From contig JALMLS010000140.1 in NCBI GenBank assembly GCA_038496445.1, positions 1 to 64,000 on the forward strand: a stretch of 64,000 nt of DNA. The letters are read 5' to 3'. The stretch comes from Trichosphaerium sp. ATCC 40318. Its lineage: Eukaryota; Protista; Tubulinea. Both the position numbers and the translations under genes were made by a program. Under the pieces are notes generated by a model that ran no database searches, had not been told where the DNA came from, and saw nothing but the letters and a program-made list of their open reading frames with translations. Shown here piece after piece: positions 39,583-51,436 of the stretch. Numbering within the stretch: position 1 is the first letter of the stretch; each line of letters begins with the position of its first letter.

Positions 39583-39990
39583 ATGCAAGCAACAACTCTA
39601 GTATTATTATCCGTAATTGTAATCATTTGCATCACGCAGGTAACATGCAGACGTGAGAGATCTGAAGAAAGCGAATCAGTAAGTACTTTTAGTTTTTTTT
39701 GCTCTAGCTTTCAACACTAGTGTACCTTCACAGCAAACATAGGCTGCAAGGTTATTTGTTTCTCCGTACTTCGCTATTTTATACTACTGTTTGGTCGTCT
39801 TATAACTTCTAATGAATCATTATAGCTTTGGTCTTGTTGTGTTGAAGTAAAAGAGACATGTCACAGTGCCGGTTTTAAACACTGCGAAAGGTATTCAAAT
39901 CAAGAGTATTGTATCAGTCATGTATTGGAACATTGCTACTATGACGTATATAAGCCATGCCTTAAAGGAAATTATCCTACTTGTCAATAA
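39583..39990 (+). CDS. Small secreted cysteine-rich protein (86 aa, 2 exons)
   Basis: Exons 39583-39678 and 39826-39990 (GTAAGT...TAG intron) give MQATTLVLLSVIVIICITQVTC-RRERSEESES-LWSCCVEVKETCHSAGFKHCERYSNQEYCISHVLEHCYYDVYKPCLKGNYPTCQ; AATAAA overlaps the stop. Confidence 0.78.
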
Positions 39991-40517
39991 ACATGCAACA
40001 ACTTTACTACTTTTTAAGGCATTTTTAAGCTAATCACTAAACAATAGTTCACTGGCAGCGAATTTGCCATCGTGAGTTTTTTTTTAACTGCATAAGCTAA
40101 GTTATGACATGTGCTAGTGTTAGCAAAAGTGGCGAAGTGGTAGTCCACTATAAAAACGACAATAACAACTGTCTTGTTTTTTCTCCAACGTATCACGTGA
40201 TTTAGTTTTTTAAGCCCAACGCTGTTAGAACCCTCTACAAGCCCTGCTACTAACAATGATTCGTTTTTTGACTTTTCAATAAAAAAGTAGTTCGCTGCTT
40301 AATAACGCATAGTCTGTCATTTAAGTTTGCTAAACTTTGCAACTTTATTACTGTTTGTGAGTTTTGGTTTCCTTGTTTAGTCAGATTGACAGATCTGCTA
40401 CAAGCTCTGTTAGTTCTTACAGAACTGACAATTTTGAAATGTGAACCACGTTTTTGGAGGATTGCTGGGCGGGAAATTAGCCCACTAAGTAATTGTTTAA
40501 AACAAAATAGCATTACC

Positions 40518-42943
40518 ATGAACAAGCGCCGCAATAACAGTACGCTTGCGTCGCACCTAAAAGTACCAAAATAAACGCCATTAAATAGATGTATTCACGA
40601 ACTTCTCCCAAATGTTGTCAGTACCTTGTTTAAATGCTGTTCTGTTATATTTACCGCCTAAAGACCTCATTTGCTACTCTTCACTATCAACAAAGTGTAA
40701 ACAACACGTCGACATCAGTTTTGATTGGAACGAGTACTTACACAATCAAATTGAGAATTTAAAGCGTCTATCACGTGACAAGAAGATACATCTACCTATT
40801 CTCCCAAAACGAGCGTATACTAAGCATGATCTCGTTCTATTCACGATAACCAAGCGCTATTTATTGCGCCAAAGCGAAGCGAGTGCATTGCTGAACAAAG
40901 CGATAGCGTACCAGGATTCTTTCTCAAACTGTTTGAATACTCCTGATATCTGGATGCACGTGGGGCTACGACAACTTTCAGCTAAAGCCAAGATTACACT
41001 TGCACTTCTTGGATTCTATAAATACGCACGTGACATAACTGTTATGGTATTATCTACGTACATTATAAACTATTCTTGAACTGAGTTAGCTAACATCTTT
41101 GTTTATTAGGATACTGCTCAATGCATTGGAACAACAATCAACAGATAAACAGAACTTAGTTGTTCAAGAGTCATCTGTGATTGATGCGTATAAACAGCTT
41201 TCTCAAGAGCATCCATCATGTTATCCACCTTCGCCCTCAGGTGATGTCTTGAAACCCTCCAATAATAAGTTACCTGCCATAACAAGATTGAGTCTCCTCA
41301 AAGCCAAGGATATCAACGCTAAAGAATATAATTCATTTGGGAAATCTCATGTCCGTAAAATACGTACTCAACATTATTTACAAGGTTTTAGGACGACAAA
41401 GAACCAGTTAATCTGACCAAAGGATTTCACTTGTTAGCACTTCTATCAGATGTTGATGATTTGGGTTACAGCATCTCATTGAGCGCATTGAAACGTGTCA
41501 ACACTCTCATGTGTAATGTGATTCTGAATATATTCAAACTGGCTCTCTCCGTTGCTGAGAGTAGTGGATCGAAGCAAGTGAGCAAAGGCAATCTTAAATT
41601 TGTTTGGGTTGTGATGCAAGGACACAAACGAGGCAATCCTTGAAATACCATTGTTAAATTCCAACCAACGGTTGATCAACAAATGGAACAAATAATGTAC
41701 TGTTACACTTTTATGGCTAGAAATGTACAAACAGTTTTGTGTAGTTGGGTGATGTTGATGTTGAACAGAAGTACTTGGAGGGTGTTGACAAATATTTGTG
41801 TCCTGTTACGATCATCATATTCTCTGACGTGACGCCAATAGCCAAAGTTAGGCTACCAAAGTACTTGGTAGGAGCTAAATGCGAGTATGTCCCCTCTTTT
41901 ACATCTATACTGAACTTTAATATTGAGCAATAGATACTTGAAGAACCAATTCACAAGATTCAGTAATGAACAGGACATCTATCAACTTGTTTTATTGGAA
42001 GGTGAAACACTTGAGTCTCTTCTCTTAGTACTTGAGTACCTCTCAACATCTTCTCTTGACAAAATCAAAGCTCTTACATGTGTTGAGACAATAAGTAGTG
42101 TACTTATTCGCTTGGGTCATGTACAGAACTAGTAACGAAATCGTTTACTTATCTATTTATAGTTTGTAAAAGAGGATGCTCAGGAACAAGTCATTCTTGG
42201 TTGTAAAGTGAATTCTTTAAACTCTATTTCAATTTGCCAATATCTACTACCATCTGTTGTAGCACGTACATCAATCATTGATTTCATTATAAAGGAGATA
42301 GACAACCAGTTCATATCAGTGACTGACGGCCCAATATCACTTCCTCGTAATGTATTTCATATTGTAGAGGCAAAATCAGAAGAATTCTATCTGAAACCAT
42401 GTGACTTGTGGCTCATTGCTCGTATGTATTTTAATGCTATCAAGATTTCCAATTAACTTCGCTAACTTGCATTTATAGATGCTTCGTGTCTACCTGATTT
42501 AGCACGTAAATATGCATCACAACTGCCAAAATACTTTGCACAGCACTTGTTGACATGTTACAAACCTGAAGACTTGTACTGGCATGAAAGATGGGGTCCA
42601 ATTGTATCTATCGAGACTTTACGTTCTGAATCAAGTCTGTATTCAGAATCATACTATAACGAACGGCATATAACAGGAGAAGTGGAAGTAGTTGGTGACA
42701 GTGGTGAAATTTATCTTGAAGGCTTCATACTGTACGGCAATCTTCATAATAGTTTGTTTATTTTTGTGCAGAGAATATGTATTGTATTCTGGACGTTTGA
42801 GATTGTCAGAAGAGTTGAGAAAAAGAAACGTGGTCTTTGATGCCTTATACAGCTTTAATCAATTTAGTAACTTTTATGTGACTATAAGCTCAGGCAACGT
42901 AAGTCGCTACGATGGAGATAACACTATTTATATTCGGCCGTAA
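40518..42943 (+). pseudogene. F-box / histone doublet / BTB family, copy B, with premature stop
   Basis: Collinear with copy A. CGA>TGA at 41641-41643 just after the second histone fold; the next acceptor (about 41744) appears 1 nt out of phase relative to copy C. Confidence 0.8.
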
Positions 42944-43145
42944 GTTTTAAAGTAGTTCTTGAGCATCACACAATGCCATAACAAAGTAACGTTACCTAAC
43001 TTCTCTAGTATTACTGAAGGTGATGATACCAATTAAGCGCTCATTACAATAAATATAGCACGTGCACATGCTCAGAAAACAAAAAAATGTAACAACTGTA
43101 ACACCTAAAAAGACACTTTGAAATCTATTTTGTTATCATGTTTTA

Positions 43146-45668
43146 TTAGCATATCATGTTATTGGTTATTTTGTATTTCATTGCAATAGTGAGAACATTC
43201 TTTGTCACAACAAAAATTGTAGTAGGCTCTCCGTTAGACATCTTTTGCATATTTCCTGTTGTATTTGTGTTTTGTAGTCTATCACAAGCATACCAAATAG
43301 AATGTAAACCATAAAAAGGTAAATTGCAAGTTAAACTTGCTTTGCTTTGGTCATTTGTATATTTGTACTTACTAAATAAAGTAAGTAGAGAAAATAGTTA
43401 TGTTGAAAAAAACACGTGCAATATTAAGCCACCATAGTATACTTCTCCAGAATCATTATTGGTTAGGAATTCAGCTTTATAAATGAATTGCCTCTCAGTG
43501 AGTTCTTGCGTTGTATAGATTTTTGTTTCAGAACGTATAGTATCAATGGATACAATTGGACCCCATCTTTCATGCCAGTACAAGTCTTCAGGTTTGGAAC
43601 ATCCCATCAAGTACTGTGTAAAGTATTGTGGAAGCTTTGATGCGCATTTACGTGCTAAATCAGGAAGAGATGAAGCATCTATAAATACAAGTTAGCATGA
43701 TGAAGCAGGTTAATGAAATACTTACGAGCAATGAGCCACAAGTCACAAGGATTCAGTCCAATTGTTTTCTCCGTAGGTTCAGAGTTAAAAAAACCTTTGT
43801 AGTACTGTTTAGTCATCAATTCTTCCAACATTTTAAAAAACTCAGGATTCACAAGTGCTGGTCCTTCGTTTGCTGATACTAGTTCAGAAACATTGTATAG
43901 GGTACATAGTAATATTTCATGAGTAGATTTTTGGTTTGGTAACATATATTGAATCATTGAAATTGTCTTCGGGGTGTATTCTATGCAGCTATGAAAAACG
44001 TGGTTCTGACCAGTCATATCAGCAAACTGTTTGAACATTAGATAAAACATCTTTGGCAATAGTTCGCACATGTCCAAAACGAATCATCATACCGGTTTTT
44101 GTTTCAGCAGATGTATCATTGAATAATCTACTATTACAAGATGCTACGTAGTACTCAAGAACTAAGAGAAGAGACTCAAGTGTTTCGCCTTCCAATAAAA
44201 CAAGTTGATAGATGTCCTGTTCATTACTGAATCTTGTGAATTGGTTCTTCAGGTACCTGTTCCATTAATAAGCTCAGTAACATGATAATTTAATGTACGT
44301 ACTTGCAATTACTTCCCAACGAGTATTTAGCTCCTCTAACTTTGGCTATGGGTGTCTCATCAGAGAATATGATGATTGTAACATCACACAGAGATATGTC
44401 AACACCCTCCAAGTACTTCTCTTCAACATCAATATCACCTGACCTGCACAAAACTGTTTGTACATTACTAGCCGTAAAAGCATAACGTACATTATTCGTT
44501 CCATTTGTTGATCAAGTGTTGGTTGGAATTTAACAATGGTATTTCGAGGATTGCCTCGTTTGTGTCCTTGCATCACAACCCAAACAAATTCAAGATTGCC
44601 TTTGCTCACTTGCTTCGATCCACTACTCTCAGCAACAGAAACAGCCAGTGTGAATATATTCAGAATCACATTACACATGAGAGTGTTGACACATTCCAAT
44701 GCACTCAATGAGATGCTGTAACTCAAATTTCCAACTGCTGATAGAAGTGCTAACAAGTGAAACTTCTGAACTACCTGTAAGTGTTCTGTTTTAAGTACTT
44801 TAAACTAATATACACACCTTTGCAGATTCTATTTGGTCGAGAGAATTATATTCTTTAGCATTGATGTCCTTGTCTTTGAGGAGACTCAATCTTGTTATGG
44901 CAGGTAACTTATTGGTGGGTTTCGAGATATCACCTGAGGGCGAAGGTGGATAACATGATGGATGCTCTTGAGCAAGCTGCTTATACGCATCAATCACAGA
45001 TGACTCTTGAACAACTAAGTTCTGTTTATCTGTTGATTGTTGATGTTCCAATGCATTGAGCAGTATCCTATAATAAAGTCAGCTATACAAATTTTACGGG
45101 AATCAATAAATAGTAATAACGTACACAGAAAGTACTGTAACAGTAATATCACGTGCGTATTCAAAGAACCCTGGAAGAGTATGTTCAATACCAACGTCTC
45201 GCGCGATGTTATAGAGGCCCATATTTATCCAACGTTCCGCTGTTGTTGTGCAATTCAAGAACAAGTTATGTTTCGCCAGTGCTTCGTTTAAGTGTGCTGT
45301 CGCTTTTGATTTGTACTTTATGTATCGCTTCACGTGTACGAAGAGAGCGAGATCACCTTTGTTATAGACTCCTTTAGGCAATAGGGGAGGAATTATGTTG
45401 ATTTTGCTTGAATTAGCGAGAATAGCGTCTCTTTGCTTCTCAAAGTACTTCTGCCACGTAAAATTGGCGTCAACGCGTTGTTTGCACTCTGTTGACAACG
45501 ACGAAAAGCAAATAAGGTCCTCAGGTGGTAGGTGTGATAGAATCGCATTCAGACATTGCGGGGACAGCGTTTGGAAGAAATTTGTGGAAATATCGACCCA
45601 ATTAGCGTCTAATACGATGTTATCCAAATAATACGACTGTTTATTGTACTTGGGCGCCTCTTGTTCAT
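43146..45668 (-). CDS. F-box / histone doublet / BTB family, copy C
   Basis: Same exon series; fold 1 GLYNIARDVGIEHTLPGFFEYARDITVTVLS; divergent post-BTB region; the last intron has a GC donor. Confidence 0.78.
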
Positions 45669-46180
45669 CGTATATTTGGTATTATTTAATGCCAAAGAAA
45701 CTGACTTAATTGCAGCCTTATCCGCTTTGGGAGCTTCGTATTGTCCCCAAAAAAACAATATTGGTATGATATCGAAACGACACCAACAATTGAACACGTG
45801 TGCAAAGAAAATTGACACTCTTTTGGGAATGATATTTTTTAGGCACTTTTATTAATTTTAACAAAGCTGTGTCCAAACATTTGTTTATGCATTGAACACT
45901 GGACAAAGATTAATACTAGCAATTGTACTTTACCTGACTACATCTAACAAGGAATCAAGTTTTTGCAATAGTCAACAAGTTTAATCCAACTTTTCAAAAA
46001 GTCAGTCTGGCTTAAAACCAGGAACTGCTCTCTTTTTCATAACCCTTCTTGTTGGGAATACTACAGTTGCTTATTAGTATGTTAAATTGTACATCCATAT
46101 GTTGAAAGTGTTTAAAAACGAAAATGAAAAATCGGTAGCATAAGTTTAAAAAAAAAACATCAAAAAGTGTACTACTCTAC

Positions 46181-48635
46181 TTACTGTTTGATATAAAGTA
46201 TACTCTTATCACAACCCCTTGAAAGGCTAATTGCTTCACACGAGTATATTGTCTCATATTCTTTATCATCTAAGCTGTACTTCAAGTTAAACAGCACATT
46301 TCTTTTTAGTAGTTCATCAACAAATGATACAGAACAACGACAATAATCAACCTTGTAGCTTCTAAAATAGGTGAGGTTAGCGGTATAGAAACCGATGGGC
46401 CGCACAGTATAAATCCTTCAAAGTACACTTCACCTGAATGAGTACCCGGCTCATACTCTCCCAAAGCGCACTGTTTTGTAGGTGTGTTGATTTTTTGTGA
46501 GCAAGCTTCTCCATACAAACTTGATTCAGAACGTAAAGTATCAATGGATACAATTGGACCCCATCTTTCATGCCAGTACAAGTCTTCAGGTTTGTAACAT
46601 GTCAACAAGTACTGTGCAAAGTATTTTGGAAGCTGTGATGCATATTTACGTGCTGAATCAGGAAGAGATGAAGCTTCTATAAATAAAGTTAATTGGAATC
46701 TTTAGTACAAACAGTGCAAAATACATACGAGCAACAAGCCATAAGTCACATGGTTCTAGTCCTATTGTTTCCTGGTTTTCTTCAAGAATATTGAATATCT
46801 TACGAGGAAGTGACATTGGACCATTAGTCAATGATATCAATTTCTTTAATGAGCCAATCCATTTCAAAATTTTACTGCTGATTGGTTCTCGTTCCACAAC
46901 TGACGGCAATAGATAATGACATAAAGATATTGAACTACGAATATTCCAGATACAACTGCAAAATATTTTTTCTTGACCATCCTCGCAAACAAACTGCGAA
47001 CTTATTAATGTTAAATGCTGCTAAATGGTTTGTACCTGACCCAAGCGAATAAGTACACCACTTATTGCTTTAAAAGAATTTAGCTTTTTGATTTTGTCAA
47101 GAGAAGAGGTTGAGAGGTACTCAAGAACTATGAGAAGAGACTCAAGTGTTTCACCTTCCAATAAAACAAGTTGATAGATGTTTTTGTCATTCTTGAACTT
47201 GGTGAATTGAGTCTTCAAGTACCTGGTTGTAAGATTAAGTTTGCTATTGTATAGTGAGGTACGTACTCGCAATTAGTTCCTAATGCATATTTTGATCCTC
47301 TCACTTTCAGTACAGGCTCTGTTTTGTGGAATATGACAAAGGTAATATCACATAAAGATGAATCTCCGTTTGTCAAGTATTTCTGTTCAACATCAATGTC
47401 TCCTGCTCTAATAAGCGTATCAATATAAAGACATGGATTAATTTAGACTTGTACATGAGTCTTTCCATTTGTTGATCAAGTGTTGGTTGGAATTTAACAA
47501 TGGTATTTCGAGGATTGCCTCGTTTGTGTCCTTGCATCACAACCCAAACAAATTCAAGATTACCTTTGCTCACTTGCTTCGATCCACTACTCTCAGCAAC
47601 AGAAAGAGCCAGTGTGAATATATTCAGAATCACATTACACATGAGAGTGTTGACACGTTTCAACGCATTCAATGAGATACTGTAACCCAAATCATCAACC
47701 TCTGATAGAAGCGCTATCGGATGAAATACTTTGGGACTTTTAATCTGTGTACGCTGGTAAAGAAATTAACAATGGTTACAGTACCTAGCAACGTACGTTT
47801 AGTGATTTTGAGATAGATTTGTACTCGTTGGCATCAATGTTCACGTCTCCCAGTAGACTCACTCGGGTTACTGAAGTTTCCAAAATACTTGACTTTTTTT
47901 TGGGTGGATCTGAGGGCGAAGGTGGGTAACGTGTTGGATACTCTTTAGCAAGTTGATCGTATATGTCAATCACAGATGGCTCTTGGATAACCGTGTTTGA
48001 TTTATTTGTCGATTGTTGACGTTTCAACGCATTCAGCAGTATACTTGATACAACAGTTAATCTTAAAAAAAATCTAAAAAAACTTACACAGATAGCACTG
48101 TCACGGTCATGTCACGTGCGTATTCAAAGAATCCTGCAAGTGTAAATGTAATCTTAGCTTGAGTCGCAAGTTGCTGAAGCCCCAAGTGCATCCAGAAATC
48201 GGGTGTAGTTGAGCAATTCGAAAACAAATCTTGACATGATAATGTTTTGTTCAAACTTTTTGTCGCTTCGCTCTGATGTATTAAATAACGCTTCGTATGT
48301 TCGAATAGAGCGAGATCGCGCTTGTTGTAGACTTGTTTTGGTACAAAAGGAAGAGAAACTTTCTTTTCCCTTGATAGGCGTTTTAACTCATCTCCCCGGC
48401 ATCTTATATACTCGTGCCACTTGAAATTAGCGTCAACGCGTTGTTTATATTTCGTTGAGACCGAAGAGAAGCATATGAGGTCTTTAGGCGGTAAATGTGA
48501 TAGAATTGCGTTTAAACAGTGTGTTGGTAGCGTCTGGAAGAAGCATGTGCAAATACTTACCCAATTCGCGTCTATCAGCAGACTATGTTAGCACAACCTA
48601 TGGTATTAAAGCGTACTTGGGTTCCTCTTATACAT
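46181..48635 (-). CDS. F-box / histone doublet / BTB family, copy D (apparently intact)
   Basis: Same exon series; FFQTLPTHCLNAILSHLPPKDL, WMHLGLQQLATQAKI, SISLNALKRVNTLMCNVILNIF, YWHERWGPIVSI. Confidence 0.8.
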
Positions 48636-48746
48636 ACTCGAGAACCTGAGGTGTTTTGTAGACTCTAAGAGAAATAAGGATGTCAACTGCCGTCCTCTTA
48701 TTTATTCCCACGCGTGAAAGGAGTACTAGATCGTGGTAACGTAGAA

Positions 48747-49546
48747 ATGGATGACGGTGTTGTTTCTAGGTTACTAGAAGATGGATTAGATCATTGCGAT
48801 CGTATAGCAAAAGAAGCAGGTATAATTACGCTCTTACGCATTAATACGCACTAGGAAACGGATATAACGCTAAATTTGTTTCTACGAATACTAAAACTTG
48901 TAGGCAAAACTCATGATGTCACAGTATCAAAAAAAGCGATACTTCTCGCGTTCAACGTGTGGAAGGTGCGTTAAATTGATTTATAAATTATAAACTGCTA
49001 CAACTAATCCAAATCAACAGAGACACGTCGGTAAGTACTAACTTATACGTGGTATAACGTCCCAATACATGTTTAGATGTTTTCACTGACGACTTACAAC
49101 AATTCACAACACATGCTAATAAAAAAACAGTAAGACCTCAAGAGTACGTCATATTTTTTGGATATTCTCCGAAAAGTAGTATTTCCGCAGACAAAGTAAA
49201 AAAAACCTTGTTTGGATTTGTAGTTTTTATGGTTTTAGTTATCACGTGATATTTTTGCTTAAAATTTGTAGTGTTCTTTTATGCACACGAAGAAACCGTG
49301 ATGAGGTACCAGATGTGTTTAGTAAAGGCTGCAAGCTTACCTTTCTGTTTTTGTAATAGCATGAGATGCTGCTAGAGTTAAAGACAAATCTCGAAGAGTC
49401 CAAAGCATCCTCAAGGAAACGCAAAGCTGTACGTTTTTACTACAATCAGCGCGACATGCAGTAGTTGTAATCATTGCTTTAACACGCACTAGGGCGGAGA
49501 TACTGCTACAAGAAAAAAGGCAAAGGTCAAGGGTGTACAATCATAA
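48747..49546 (+). CDS. CENPS: Centromere protein S / MHF1-like histone-fold protein; multi-exon with a 10-nt microexon
   Basis: Spliced VTVSKKAILLAFNVWKRHVDVFTDDLQQFTTHANKKTVRPQDVLLCTRRN matches the CENP-S pattern FSKQTIAAI..FAKDLEMFARHAKRTTINTEDVKLLARR. The last exon is uncertain. Confidence 0.8.
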
Positions 49547-51436
49547 AGCATGTATTAATTTGTTAACAAACAGATTTCTAAAACCTTGTGTTGTGACGAG
49601 GCTCTGTTCGGACCATTAATAAACCCTCTTGTAATTTTACTTTGTGCCGCATTACTGCAACTTCTTATGATTGTGTCTATTACAATTTTCCATCAAGACA
49701 TGGAGGATATTTATCTGTACACGTCAGATTGAGCGCAAGACTGGGATCTCCTAGAAGATTTGATAGGACTTCTTGTACGTCCAACGCTTGTTCTACTTCT
49801 TTCATGTACGCTCATAATGCTTACGTGAATAGTTGTATGTCGCTATCACGGGATGGTGTTAATCAGTACGCCTTTTCTAGAATTCTTGCAGTACTGTAAA
49901 CTTCAATCAACTTTCACAGCTTTTTTGTAGTATCCTTAAGGTCGCTTCCTGAAAACTACGGACTACATACTTGATCTTCATTTCGTTATGGTTAAGGTGT
50001 ACTTTTTTTGATCACGTGAAAAAATCCTGTAGCAGGTAAACTGAGTCTCTACTACAGCGAATAAATAGTAGTTTACTTTAACAATTTAGGTATAAAATTA
50101 CAAGTGATTGTAGCGTCCTAGGCGCTAGCGTTGTTACAGGTTGTTATGAAAGCGAGATTCATTTTGGATAGTTTTAAAGTTACTTTACCGTCACGATCTT
50201 TGTAGCAACGGCCCTTTGTAGATGTAATATCACCGAGAGGCTTCATGTGTATTGAGAGTTTTGAGCGTTTCTGTTTGATGCACTTTGGTTTTGTAATACC
50301 ACTCCCTTGCTTGTTCATTTGTATAAACGTCGATGCCTTTACTGCCTCAATCTTTGGTTGTATGTCTAGCGTGAAGTTTGAGAACAATGCAAACCTTGCA
50401 GTTGAGGCTGTTGATTCGAATGTATTGCATCTCCAACGACGTAAATGTATGTGATAAATCTCCCTTGCTCTTCTACCCATATTATTCCTTGAGAAATAAA
50501 ATTTCAGACCACACAGTTTTGCACCATTTGTATCGAAACAGTTCACAAGTGTTGTTGTTATTATAAAAACACTCTAACAAACACAAATACTGCTAACTAA
50601 AGAAACGAAAAGATGCTTCCCACGTGTACCAAGAGGTAATCTCAATGAAAAAAAAAACTTGCAGTTTTCTTGTAGATACAAAAAATATTTTACGTGAAAA
50701 ATGAAAAAAATAGGATAATCTGTCGCTTCTCTAACCGTTTGATGGAAATAGATATTTTTCGAAACTGCACAAACAAAAACTACAATTTGTGAGTAATTGC
50801 TATGACGTTGAGATATAGCGTCATGATAAAAACGTTTCAAGAAAATCCGTTGACAACAAGTGTCAATGTGTCCTAATCCTTATTCTTTGGAATGACCACG
50901 TGTCTGTGCTATTGATTTCATGATTGGAAAGTAAAAAAGTTGTGTTTTAGTTACGAGTTTTGAGTTTTTGTAGTAGCTCCCTTTTGTGATTTTTTTTTTT
51001 TCTGAGAGTTACGAGTTATGAGTTTTTCTCAGTTCCTAATATACATTGATACCACAGGCTACGTAAATATCACTACTGTAGTCTCTAGTTCGCTGTATAA
51101 AGCACAAAAAATAAAATGCGCTTTAAGCGTTTTCGTGACACCCGGAAACGTTCACAACTACCAAAATACGGCGACTTGGGCATCATGAAGATTCCTTGTT
51201 GGCCAAAACTGTACGAATGAATCTAACAACCATCCTGCAAGCAAATGCACATGTAGTAGTTGATTGTAATGTGGTTTATATCCTTTGACAGGTGCTTACT
51301 AATCAATAAAATTCAGCTGAACTTGACGAGTTGACGCTCAAAAAAAGCGTCAAAAACACAAAAAAAGTCCACTATCTCATAAAAATCAAACAAAGAGGTC
51401 GCTTTTCATTCTGCTGGTTACAGTAATACGTTATTT

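Noticed and set aside
49640-50570. ORFs 49642-49899 and 50118-50546
   Set aside because: No motif, alternative start codons, and no supporting exon chain.
50945-51030. Short repeat gttacgagtt(t/a)tgagttttt twice
   Set aside because: Only about 20 bp and low complexity; no element structure.
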